A DNA stretch of 15,033 bases from Armatimonadota bacterium (GCA_034722055.1 JAYENL010000024.1:1-15033), one strand, 5' to 3'; positions 6,871 through 15,032 are shown, counted from the first letter of the stretch. A program made the numbers and translations. The notes: generated by a model from the letters alone, not told the origin.

Positions 6871-7592
6871 GCTTCCAGCAGACTCTGGAGGGTGCGGGCG
6901 AAGCGCTCGGCGACGTTAATGACGTCGCGAACTGCTGAGGACTTCGTGATGCCGTGGTAGTCACGGAGCATCGCGGCCGCATCTCGGGTTGCCCGGCGCT
7001 TGGCAAGAAAGAACACCTCGACCAGCGTCAGGAGCTCAGCCGTCAGATCTGGAGGCAGCTCGCGGGCGCACTGCTCGGCAATTGCCTCTGGACTGAGTTC
7101 GGCATATGCCAGGAGCATGTAGACGTCATACCCATCCTTCCCCTTCTCCTGCTTGTTCTGGTACGGTCGCATCTTCGCCAGAAGCAGCGCCGGTGTAGCA
7201 AGCACAGGCAGGTCGCTGGAGACAGCAGAGCGCCCCGGCACCGTCGTGAGCAAACTCGAGGTCAGGACGTCGATCGGAGCCTCGACCACCTCGCGACGCA
7301 CAGTCACGGTCAGCCACACACGGTCGAGGTCGTCCGGGTCAGGACGTGCGCCGGCATCCAGCAAGAGCCTCTTCAGTGCGTCACGTGTAGCGCTGTCTGC
7401 TGCGGCTATATCCACGTCCTGCGTGCCCACGTACATCGCCGCTGCCTCAGGCCGCGGGGACGATTCCAGGATCGCCAGGATCGCCGAACCGCCGATCACC
7501 CGGTAGTCAATGCCGCTTGCCCGGAGGATGCGTGCGATCTCGGCGAGAGCCCCCCTGCAGGCAGCCTTTGTGCCCTCAGTATAGGCTGGCAT
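6867..7592 (-). CDS. Pol-beta-superfamily nucleotidyltransferase, AbiEii-like type IV TA toxin, 241 aa (alternative start 7607)
   Basis: VIGGSA, GTQDVDI, IDVL, LLAKM and KDGYDVY correspond to the AbiEii/DUF1814-type NTase motifs. ATG 7592 overlaps the upstream stop (TGATG). Confidence 0.75.
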   Translation of the reverse strand: MPAYTEGTKAACRGALAEIARILRASGIDYRVIGGSAILAILESSPRPEAAAMYVGTQDVDIAAADSATRDALKRLLLDAGARPDPDDLDRVWLTVTVRREVVEAPIDVLTSSLLTTVPGRSAVSSDLPVLATPALLLAKMRPYQNKQEKGKDGYDVYMLLAYAELSPEAIAEQCARELPPDLTAELLTLVEVFFLAKRRATRDAAAMLRDYHGITKSSAVRDVINVAERFARTLQSLLEA

Positions 7593-8638
7593 CAGAAGGC
7601 GATGCATTCCTCTCGGAGTACTTCAGCCGCTTCCCGACCGCGCCCGCCGAGCGCCCAGATGTCAAGGTAGATCTGAATGGGGTGGGCGATGAGGACGGAT
7701 CGCACTTCTTCCGCGCCCAGGAAGACGCCTGCATCCCAGGGGGGCGCGTTCACCAGCAGATTCCCCCCAGTGGCGACAGGAGTGACCGCGAGCTCCCGCA
7801 ACAGGTCAGCTACCGCCTCGCTCGCGAAGACGTGAGTGACGCCGCCGAATCCGTACGGAGCGATCAGTGAGGCCGCACGAAGCCCGGTGAAAGCTATCCG
7901 GCTTTTCGCCTCTCTTGCCAGTTGGCTCAGACGGGGGGCGACGTCGTGCAGCTCTTCAACGGGAACATGCCACTGCTGCCAACTGATGCGTCGAAGCTGG
8001 TACTCAGCACACCACAGGTCGAGCATCTCTCCCGGATCCAGGAGTTGAACGGCGCTATCCCGGCGCTCAGCCAGGGCGCTATCAATGAGCTCGGACACAA
8101 CCTGGCTCACATATCCTTCTGAGACGCCGGTGGCGTCGGCGATATCGATCTGGCGCATGGGTCGGTCTGGGTTGTATAGGAGGAGGCGCACGATACGGCT
8201 GGCCTTCGGGGAGAAGAGACTCACGTGGCGGTCGGGAGCCGGCGGTGGTTCCCGGCCTTCGACGCTCAAGTGGAGCGAGCCGTGGTGGACGAAGGCATTG
8301 CCCGCCAGATCAACGTAGGCGATGCCAGCTTCACGTGCCGCCTTCGCAACCCTGGGGCCGACGTACGGCGCCACCAGGAGCCGAATCGGTTCCGGCTGGC
8401 TCTGCGGTGAGCCCGATGCATGTGCCACCTCGGTCACGGCTCGCGTGCTCGCCTGGTTCTTGACGGTCACCGCGAGGGGGATTGACCTCGACGCAACCTC
8501 TACGTGCCCGGCGAGATTCGGTGCGACGCCCTGCAGCGTGCGGCTCGGGGCCAGCGCAACCTCGCTCTCGGGGATGGCGGCGAAGGCCCGCTGCACGGCC
8601 GCAACTGCGTCCTGGATGGTGATCTCTCGGGCGCTCAT
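7592..8638 (-). CDS. AbiEi-family type IV TA antitoxin / transcriptional regulator, 348 aa
   Basis: LLVAPYV...GIAYVDLAGN, central wHTH QIDIADATGVSEGYVSQVVSEL, AFTG..AA and C-terminal HPIQIYLD...GRGREAAE resemble AbiEi_2-type proteins. It lies directly upstream of the NTase. Confidence 0.8.
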   Translation of the reverse strand: MSAREITIQDAVAAVQRAFAAIPESEVALAPSRTLQGVAPNLAGHVEVASRSIPLAVTVKNQASTRAVTEVAHASGSPQSQPEPIRLLVAPYVGPRVAKAAREAGIAYVDLAGNAFVHHGSLHLSVEGREPPPAPDRHVSLFSPKASRIVRLLLYNPDRPMRQIDIADATGVSEGYVSQVVSELIDSALAERRDSAVQLLDPGEMLDLWCAEYQLRRISWQQWHVPVEELHDVAPRLSQLAREAKSRIAFTGLRAASLIAPYGFGGVTHVFASEAVADLLRELAVTPVATGGNLLVNAPPWDAGVFLGAEEVRSVLIAHPIQIYLDIWALGGRGREAAEVLREECIAF

Positions 8639-8647
8639 GGTCGCCTT

Positions 8648-8697
8648 ATTTTACTATATTGTAGATTTGCTTGCAAGCGAACCTGTAATATAGTAAA
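8648..8697 (-). promoter_or_regulatory. Promoter of the TA operon embedded in a 48-bp imperfect palindrome (probable autorepression operator)
   Basis: Arms 8650-8673 and 8674-8697 match at 20/24 positions, with the outer 11 bp perfect (TTTACTATATT/AATATAGTAAA). Minus strand has TTGCAA (8676-8671), 17 nt, TAAAAT (8653-8648). Confidence 0.8.
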
Positions 8698-8708
8698 GTC
8701 AGGGGGCC

Positions 8709-9551
8709 TCATGCGCGGGTGAGCTCGATGAGGGCGATCTCCGGGCGGGAGCCGATGCGGAAGGGGACTGTGGACATCCCCAGGCCGCGGCTGATGTAGA
8801 TCTGCGAGACCTCGGTCTTCACCAGCCCGCGGGTGTACTTGCGCTTGCAGGGCACCGCGATGGCGCCGATGAGCGGCGGGGAGACCTGGCCGCCGTGACT
8901 GTGCCCCGCCAGCATCAGCTTCACCCGCGGGTCGTCCATCTCGTCCGCGTAGTCAGGGTTGTGGGTCAGCAGGATGACCGGCTCGCTCTTGGGGACCGAC
9001 CGCAGCGCCGGGCCGAGGTGCTGCTCATCCTCCCACAGATCGCCCACCCCCGCCAGCCAGAGGCGCTCGCCGCCGCGCTGCAATGGCACTGCGCGGTTGT
9101 CTAACACGGTGATCCCGGCCTCGCGCGCCGCCCGGCGGCCGGCCTCGATGCCCTGCCACCAGTGGTGGTTACCCATCACGCACCACACGCCCATGAGGGC
9201 CTGCAGTGGCGCCAGGGCGTGCCAGGCGGGGGCCACGTAGCGCTCGTGGCGGTGCGGGAGATCGCCGGTGATGACGTAGGCGTCGGGGCCGAGCCCGGAG
9301 GCAATGCGCACCATCTCCTCCACCGACTCCAGGCTCAGGTAGGGCCCGTGATGGATGTCGGTGAGATGACAGATGCGGAAGCCCTCGAAGGCCCGGGGGA
9401 GGGCGGGGATGCCGATGCGGGGCCTGGTCACCTCGATCCAGTGCCGCTCGTAGGCGATATCCAGGGCTGTACCGCCGGCCACCAGGCCGGCTGCACCCCA
9501 GCCGAGGCGCTTCAGAAACGTCCGCCTGCTCTCCGTCTTCTCCTCTGCCAT
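8709..9551 (-). CDS. Calcineurin-like metallophosphoesterase (YkuE-like) with twin-arginine signal, 280 aa
   Basis: SRRTFLK plus a hydrophobic stretch; DIH, TGD, GNH, HNPD and GHSHGGQ motifs; ISRGLG...RPEI. Start at ATG 9551 (or GTG 9560), not 9749. Confidence 0.9.
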   Translation of the reverse strand: MAEEKTESRRTFLKRLGWGAAGLVAGGTALDIAYERHWIEVTRPRIGIPALPRAFEGFRICHLTDIHHGPYLSLESVEEMVRIASGLGPDAYVITGDLPHRHERYVAPAWHALAPLQALMGVWCVMGNHHWWQGIEAGRRAAREAGITVLDNRAVPLQRGGERLWLAGVGDLWEDEQHLGPALRSVPKSEPVILLTHNPDYADEMDDPRVKLMLAGHSHGGQVSPPLIGAIAVPCKRKYTRGLVKTEVSQIYISRGLGMSTVPFRIGSRPEIALIELTRA

Positions 9552-9580
9552 GGTGACCACGCCGATGACGCCTCTCTGGC

Positions 9581-9589
9581 AGTATACCA
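9581..9589 (-). promoter_or_regulatory. Possible extended -10 promoter for the metallophosphoesterase
   Basis: Minus strand TGGTATACT (TGn + TATACT) about 30 nt upstream of the ATG, in the divergent intergenic gap. Confidence 0.4.
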
Positions 9590-9645
9590 CGCGGCCCGGC
9601 CTCGCGCCACCCAACCCCGCCGCGTAATGGGCGTCAGAGGACAAA

Positions 9646-10518
9646 ATGATGAATGCACGATGGTTCTTCTCCTCTCCCTGGCGCAGAGCATGGTTTACCG
9701 TCGGCCTGCTGGTGCTCGTGGTGGCGGGTCTCGCGGTGGGGCGGCGCATCGGGATCGAGTGGCACCGGGGGCGGCTGATGGCGGCGGAGTACGCGCCGCC
9801 GCCGGAGGGTATGGTGCTGGTGCCGGCGGGCTACTTCCTGATGGGCAGCGACAGCCCCGAGGCCGATCCTGACGTGGGCCCGCTGCGAGAGGTCTTTCTG
9901 CCGGCCTTCTACATCGACAGGCACGAGGTGACCAACGCGGAGTACGCCGCGGTCTTCCCGGAGCACACCTACCCGGAAGGCCACGACGACATCCCCGTGA
10001 GCGGGGTGCTCAAGCACGAGGCGGAGGCCTACGCCGCGACGGTCGGCAAGCGCCTGCCAACGGCGGCCGAGTGGGAGAAGGCCGCGCGAGGCACCGACGG
10101 CCGGCAGTGGCCATGGGGGAACCAGTTCCGGCCCGAGTGCGCGAACGTGGGGCGACTCGATGCGGCGGAGCGGGCACGGCTTGCCGAGCGCGGCATCTCA
10201 TGCACGGTGCAGGGCCCGCGGCTGAAGGTGGAGGTGGGCAGCTTCCCCTGCGGCGCGAGTCCCTGCGGCGCGCTGGACACGGCGGGGAACGTCTGGGAGT
10301 GGGTGGCGGACGTCTACCGGGATCCGAGGCCGTGGTGGGACCTGTGGGCCGAGCCGATCCCCCGTGGCATCATCCGCGGCGGCGCCTACGGCTACGGTTC
10401 GGATCAGTGCCGCACGTGGTATCAGGCCTTCGAGGACCTTGAGGCCACCTGCAATGACGTGGGCTTCCGGTGTGTGAGGGATGCGGAGCAGGCTTCGCCT
10501 AATGGGGGGAGAAGGTGA
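9646..10518 (+). CDS. Membrane-anchored formylglycine-generating-enzyme (FGE-sulfatase/SUMF1) domain protein, 290 aa
   Basis: N-terminal TM segment, then GMVLVPAGYFLMGS, FYIDRHEVTNAEY, KRLPTAAEWEKAARG, WPWG, GNVWEW, RGG and VGFRC. Confidence 0.9.
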   Translation: MMNARWFFSSPWRRAWFTVGLLVLVVAGLAVGRRIGIEWHRGRLMAAEYAPPPEGMVLVPAGYFLMGSDSPEADPDVGPLREVFLPAFYIDRHEVTNAEYAAVFPEHTYPEGHDDIPVSGVLKHEAEAYAATVGKRLPTAAEWEKAARGTDGRQWPWGNQFRPECANVGRLDAAERARLAERGISCTVQGPRLKVEVGSFPCGASPCGALDTAGNVWEWVADVYRDPRPWWDLWAEPIPRGIIRGGAYGYGSDQCRTWYQAFEDLEATCNDVGFRCVRDAEQASPNGGRR

Positions 10519-10606
10519 AGACAGGCGGTGGGACGAATGTATACTATGGCGACGCGGGGGGAATACATGGTCCGGGAAGTATGATTGTGAGAAGGGGGTA
10601 AGTGCA

Positions 10607-10789
10607 GTGGCAAGGGCTGAGGACCTACGGATGCACAGAAGCGACACGCAGAGAGTAGTGTACACTCGACGGTTCCGTGGAGATGAACTCGTGGGGGCGC
10701 GCCAGTACGACGAGTTGCTGACCAAGCTCACCAGGAATGCCATTCTGCAGGCACTGGTTGATGTCGTGGCTGACGGGGTCAGCGAGTAG
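10607..10789 (+). CDS. Small hypothetical protein, 60 aa
   Basis: GTG 10607 follows SD-like AAGGGGG. Sequence: MARAEDLRMHRSDTQRVVYTRRFRGDELVGARQYDELLTKLTRNAILQALVDVVADGVSE, with an amphipathic-looking C-terminal helix. -10-like TATACT (10540) and TATGAT (10580) lie upstream. It fills an otherwise empty gap. Confidence 0.5.
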   Translation: MARAEDLRMHRSDTQRVVYTRRFRGDELVGARQYDELLTKLTRNAILQALVDVVADGVSE

Positions 10790-10792
10790 CCG

Positions 10793-11593
10793 TCACCCGA
10801 GCAAGTCTTCGCTCGCGATCTTCTTGGCGATGGCGATCAACTTGGTTGCCGTCGCCTTTTCGACCTCTTGACCGTCAATGGTCCATTTTATCGCCGATTC
10901 CTCCACATCGGAGTCGAGATTCAGAAAGCCCAAGAGGCGTTGCTCGACGCCGACATCTCTGAGTATTGCCACCGAGACTATGCATTTGAGTTGCTCCGTC
11001 TTGGCTGCTTGTTCTGGCGTCAACTGGAACTCTCTGCGGTCCTCTTCGGTGAGGGGGGCCGCACAGGCAATCTGGTGTCCGGTCTCCCATAGTTGACCGA
11101 CACAACCTCTGCCTTTACGCCAACCTATGCCAGCATCAGGCGATCCGCGCATGTTCTCTGTGCAGGCCACGACGTAGAGTCTCTGGAGGGAACCGATTAG
11201 CGGATATCGTAGGAAGCCGAAGAGAACTGGCCGTGACCATCGGTGGACGGTCATAACGTTCATACGCGCGTTCAGGGCTCCGTCAGGATCAATTCCAAGC
11301 TCCTCGTTGTGTACACAAGTATCCAGCAGTTCGGAAAGCTGGGCCCGGCGAAGCGTCCGTCTCGCTGCGACCTTCCGGTGCCAGAGAAGCCACGCATTGA
11401 GGGCCGCCGCCAGGGCAAACGTCCAAACCAGCACCTGGAGCTTCACTGATGTCGTGGTGTTGGCCCAGTCCTCGTACCAGAACTGCGCGACGAGCGGGAT
11501 CATTGCGACCGCAACTGGAATCAGGCTGCGCAGCCACTCAGTCGTGTGCCATACATTGTGGTTGCTTGTCCCGTAGTTCGAGCGCAAGGTCAC
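10793..11593 (-). CDS. Membrane protein with two TM helices and a C-terminal GAF-like domain, ~266 aa
   Basis: GTG 11593 overlaps the amidohydrolase stop (GTGA); the start is uncertain. Hydrophobic segments LIPVAVAMIPLVAQFWY and LQVLVWTFALAAALNAWLLW are followed by GAF-like GCVGQLWETG and CIVSVAIL...LLGFLNLDSD. The 444-aa track ORF is over-extended into the neighbouring gene. Confidence 0.7.
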   Translation of the reverse strand: MTLRSNYGTSNHNVWHTTEWLRSLIPVAVAMIPLVAQFWYEDWANTTTSVKLQVLVWTFALAAALNAWLLWHRKVAARRTLRRAQLSELLDTCVHNEELGIDPDGALNARMNVMTVHRWSRPVLFGFLRYPLIGSLQRLYVVACTENMRGSPDAGIGWRKGRGCVGQLWETGHQIACAAPLTEEDRREFQLTPEQAAKTEQLKCIVSVAILRDVGVEQRLLGFLNLDSDVEESAIKWTIDGQEVEKATATKLIAIAKKIASEDLLG

Positions 11594-12363
11594 TCCCCCA
11601 GTACTTGCTTCGCGTTTCCGTGCGTGAGCTTCGCGAGGTCGGCGTCGGAGAAGGCGCACTCCTCGAAGACCTTCATGTGCGAGGACTCGGGGTAGTAGTA
11701 GGGGGCGTGAGTGCCGAAGAGCAAGTGGTCGATGCCGAGGCTCTCCGCGAGGTCCTGCACGCCGCCCACGGACTCGAAGTGGGAGATCTCGAAGTAGAGG
11801 TTCGCCGGCAGCTCGGCGCCGGCGTCGCGGGCGAGCCCATTGGCCTCGGCGTTCTTGGCGTTGGCGACCACGATGGGCACGTTCGGGTGATCGGCGGCGG
11901 CAGGCAGGAGGCCGGTGAGGGCCACCGGCGGCACCATCACACGTGGATGGTGGTGGCGCTCGTCGGTCATGCGGACGGTGACCTCCACGAACAGCCCCAG
12001 GTCGTCGGCTGCCGCCAGCAGCTCCCCGAAGATCGGCTCCTCGAGAGTCCAGCCGTGGTAGTTGGGGTTCACGCGCACTCCCGGGAAGCCGAGCTGTTCG
12101 GCGCACTCGGCGATGTCGCGCTCCCACGCCGGCCAGTCGGGGTTGACAGAGCCCACGGGCGTGAGCTGCTCGAAGTCCGCGACCGCCTCGGCCAGCGGCG
12201 CATTGGCTGCGTGCACGTTCTTGAGCATGACCGCGTCGAGGCTGGTGACCCAGGCGCGGTCGATCTCCACCCGCCCCAGGCGCTCGATGAGCTCCTGGGG
12301 AGTGTTGTAGCTGGTGCGGCGAAAGGGCCAGCTTCCCAGGTTGGCGTTACAGTCGATGATCAT
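11590..12363 (-). CDS. Amidohydrolase_2-family TIM-barrel protein with degenerate N-terminal metal motif, 257 aa
   Basis: MIIDCNANLGSWPFR, GVRVNPNYHG, NLYFEISH, LLFGTHAP and GNAKQVL. ATG 12363 follows GAGGCGG. Confidence 0.85.
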   Translation of the reverse strand: MIIDCNANLGSWPFRRTSYNTPQELIERLGRVEIDRAWVTSLDAVMLKNVHAANAPLAEAVADFEQLTPVGSVNPDWPAWERDIAECAEQLGFPGVRVNPNYHGWTLEEPIFGELLAAADDLGLFVEVTVRMTDERHHHPRVMVPPVALTGLLPAAADHPNVPIVVANAKNAEANGLARDAGAELPANLYFEISHFESVGGVQDLAESLGIDHLLFGTHAPYYYPESSHMKVFEECAFSDADLAKLTHGNAKQVLGE

Positions 12364-12423
12364 GCCGCGGACACCGCCTCGCAAAGAGCGTGTGACACTG
12401 ATGTAGTCAGACAGATCACGTCT

Positions 12424-12841
12424 GCTAGTGCTCACTTCCGCAATTCCGCGTACTTTGAGGACGGGCACAGTCGCCGCTCGGTTGCCTCAAGAACGCACCG
12501 TGTCCGGTGGAGGGGCCGCCGGGCGCGCAGCGCCCGGTGAGGCCTGTGACTGAGACTTCGTAGAAGTCTCCCAGCGAATAGGCCTCAGGTTCCACCCCGG
12601 CCCGGTAGGTAGCTCTATGAAGCGGCTAAACGGCGCGCAGGCGGGGGCGCCTGCGCTGATGGTCGGGCTGGAAGCCCGTGAGACCGAAGGTCTCCAGTGG
12701 GCCGGGGTGGAACCTGCGCGGTCAGTCGCTACCGCTCCTGATCGCGCCCCGCTCGCTTCGCTCGCGGCGGCCCCTCCATGGCGGGCACGCGTCTTGTCGG
12801 GACATAGGAAGGTACGCGAAGTTCTGCGACTTAGCACTAGC
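12424..12841. repeat. ~420-bp nested inverted-repeat, multi-branched non-coding element (REP/MITE-like ssDNA structure or ncRNA)
   Basis: Perfect nested arms: 12424-12432/12833-12841 (9 bp), 12447-12453/12812-12818 (7 bp), 12508-12521/12765-12778 (14 bp) and 12586-12603/12699-12716 (18 bp), plus at least 7 local hairpins. Confidence 0.85.
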
Positions 12842-12989
12842 CGCGGGGAGATTGCCCGCGCCGATCGGAATCTCCTTCCTGCCCACATGCCGGAGCGAGT
12901 CGCGGGCGGGAGGGAAGGGCACCTGCCGACGGGAATGCCCCGTCGCTGCAGGAATTGCGCAGATAAGGGCGGCGCAGGGGGCGAGCCCG

Positions 12990-14369
12990 GTGTCTGTGGG
13001 AGAGGTGATCAGGCGGCCGGTTCCGGTCATTCGAAGGGCGTGGCAGGCGCATCTGCAGGGGCTGCTGGCAGGCCGGCGCGGGGCCGCCCTGTGCATGGGG
13101 ATCATTGTGCTGCTGAACCTGCCTGGACTCCACCGTGCATCCGATATCCCTCTGAAGTTCGGCCCCGACACGCCGATCATCCTGCGGGAGGTGAGCGCCG
13201 ACACGTCGCTGCCGGGGCTGCTGCGCTGGTTCACCACCGACTGGCCGCTCGGCAATCGCCTCTACCGCCCGCTGGTGACGATCTCCTTTGCGGCGGACGT
13301 GACTGTGTTTGGCGACTGGGCTCGCGGCTACCGGCTCATGAACTGGCTGCTGGCAACGCTGACAGCGATGGGACTGTTCGCGTGGCTTGCCGGGCTGGGG
13401 CTGCCGCGACCGGCGGGCGTGCTGGCGGCCGGTCTCTTCTCGCTGCAGCAGGCGTCCTTTCGGCCTGCCGTCGGGGGCTGGCTGGTGCTGGCGGTGGGGG
13501 TCCCGGGGATGGTCCTTGTGCTGCGGGACGTGCTGCGAGCGCCCGGGGGCAGGAGGGCGAAGGCAGCGGTGTCCTCGCCCGGCACGCTGGTGCTGGCGGC
13601 GCTGTATGTGACGGCGGTGGAGTGGACGCCGCTAACGAGCGTGGTGTCGTGGATTGCGACGCGGACGGCGCTGTTGGGCGGGTTGCTGTCCGTGTACGCG
13701 CTGGTGGCGGTGGCGGCGTACTGCCGCAGCGGACGTGCCTGGCCGCTGGTGACGGGGCTGGTGCTTGCGGCCGGTGCGCTGTGTTCGTATGAGCAGAGCG
13801 TGATGCTGCCTCTCGGTGCAGCGGCGGTGGGGCTGGCCCTGCGCGGGAAAGCGCGCGCACGCCTGCTCGTGGCGTGCGCGCTGATGGCGGCGCTGCTGCC
13901 GGGTTACCTGGCGCTGCGGCAGCACGCCGTGGGCGGCGAGCTGTCCGACTATGCGATCATGCAGATGAAGAGCGGTCACAGTGGGCCGGGTCTGGAGATG
14001 GCGAAGTACGCTCTGGCGCCGCTGTACTTCGCGAGGCTGACGGCCGTCCGCGTGCAGGACATCTGGACCGTGTGCGATCTTCAGTTCCTGGCCACGTCGA
14101 TGCTGGTGGCGGCCGGTCTGGTGGCCTACTGGCGGCTGCTTGTAGTGGCGCCGCGTCCGGCCGTGGCGCTGCTGGCGATGAAGGCGCTGCTGTTTGCGCC
14201 GATGTGCGTGCTGCATCTGCTCGACCACTACTGCTACCTGCCGGAGCTGGCCGGCGCTCCGCTGGCGATGGGGCTGCTGTGGCCGAGGGGGCTGTCGGCG
14301 CTGGGAGGACCGGAGGAGGCCGAGCCCGAGAGTGCGACCGATGCGGCGACGGACGGAGGCGATTGTTAG
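12990..14369 (+). CDS. Polytopic membrane protein, GT-C glycosyltransferase-like (TMTC/PMT-type, no TPRs); start uncertain (GTG 12990 or ATG 13095)
   Basis: First loop WFTTDWPLGNRLYRPLVTISFAAD..VFG....YRLMN, then VSWIATRTALL and SYEQSVMLP, with many TM segments. The track's 12678 start runs through the palindromic element and that part looks non-coding. Confidence 0.65.
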   Translation: MSVGEVIRRPVPVIRRAWQAHLQGLLAGRRGAALCMGIIVLLNLPGLHRASDIPLKFGPDTPIILREVSADTSLPGLLRWFTTDWPLGNRLYRPLVTISFAADVTVFGDWARGYRLMNWLLATLTAMGLFAWLAGLGLPRPAGVLAAGLFSLQQASFRPAVGGWLVLAVGVPGMVLVLRDVLRAPGGRRAKAAVSSPGTLVLAALYVTAVEWTPLTSVVSWIATRTALLGGLLSVYALVAVAAYCRSGRAWPLVTGLVLAAGALCSYEQSVMLPLGAAAVGLALRGKARARLLVACALMAALLPGYLALRQHAVGGELSDYAIMQMKSGHSGPGLEMAKYALAPLYFARLTAVRVQDIWTVCDLQFLATSMLVAAGLVAYWRLLVVAPRPAVALLAMKALLFAPMCVLHLLDHYCYLPELAGAPLAMGLLWPRGLSALGGPEEAEPESATDAATDGGDC

Positions 14370-14417
14370 CCGAAGGGTCGCCTCAGCGCGGGCGCAGGTG
14401 CACGTGCGGGGCGATGG

Positions 14418-15032
14418 TCACAGGCCGAGGATCTCGCGCATGTTCTCGCCCAGGATCCTGGCTCGCACGGCGTCGGGGAGGTCAGCGCCGCGGATCTTGG
14501 CGAGCTGGGAGGCGAAGCTGCGGCCGGGGGCATCGGAGCCGTAGACGATGCGGTCGGCGCCGAGCATGCGCACGCCCATCTCGGTCTGGCCCAGCTCCGG
14601 GTCGCCGCCGGCGACCTCAGCGCAGACGTTCGGCAGGTCCTGCACGATGCGATAGCCCATCTCCCAGTTCCCGCCGCTGTGGCCGAGGATGAAGGTGACC
14701 TCCGGGTGCCGGCGCGCGAGCTGGGCGAGATGCCAGGGGGTGGACTCGTGCGGGAGATTGCCGGTGATCTTGATCCAGGTGTGCTGAAGGATGGGTACGC
14801 CGAGCTCCGCGGCCCGCTCGCAGATCGGATCCAGGTTCGGCTGGTCGCAGTGCATCGCCACCCAGAGCTTGATGCCGCCGAAGGGGCCATTGGCGATCCA
14901 GCGATCGATCTCCTCCAGGGAGTCATCGAGGTAGCAGGGGTTGAGGTAGCAGAAGCCGATGTAACGGTCGGGGTGAAGCTCCACCGCGTCCCGGACCATG
15001 GCGTTGGACTCGCGGACGATGCGGGTGTCGGG
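14418..15032 (-). CDS. Amidohydrolase_2-family protein (5' end outside the window)
   Basis: The frame stays open to the window edge (PDTRIVRESNAMVRD...). Motifs: GFCYLNP, GIKL, PILQH, ILGHSGG, RIVYGSD and ILGEN. Confidence 0.88.
   Translation of the reverse strand, partial: PDTRIVRESNAMVRDAVELHPDRYIGFCYLNPCYLDDSLEEIDRWIANGPFGGIKLWVAMHCDQPNLDPICERAAELGVPILQHTWIKITGNLPHESTPWHLAQLARRHPEVTFILGHSGGNWEMGYRIVQDLPNVCAEVAGGDPELGQTEMGVRMLGADRIVYGSDAPGRSFASQLAKIRGADLPDAVRARILGENMREILGL

Noticed and set aside
10503..11600. TGGGGGGAGAAGGTGA / TCACTCCCCCA as terminal inverted repeats of the islet
   Set aside because: Short, gapped, low-complexity, and both lie within coding ends. There is no transposase or target duplication.
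11594..12127. N-terminal 178 aa of the 444-aa ORF 10793-12127
   Set aside because: Arg/Gly-rich alternative frame overlapping the amidohydrolase. Only the part from GTG 11593 looks like protein.
12586..12630. tRNA-like words (GGTTCCACCCC, TAGCTC)
   Set aside because: Wrong order and no cloverleaf. The segment is one arm of the 18-bp inverted repeat.
12656..12694. CTGATG...GAA resembling a hammerhead ribozyme core
   Set aside because: Reads CTGATGG and GAAG rather than CTGANGA and GAAA, and stems I/III cannot be built convincingly.
12617..13792. 391-aa ORF and the 12678-12989 extension of the membrane protein
   Set aside because: They run through the palindromic element or out of frame with the GT-C-like gene, and their composition is not protein-like.
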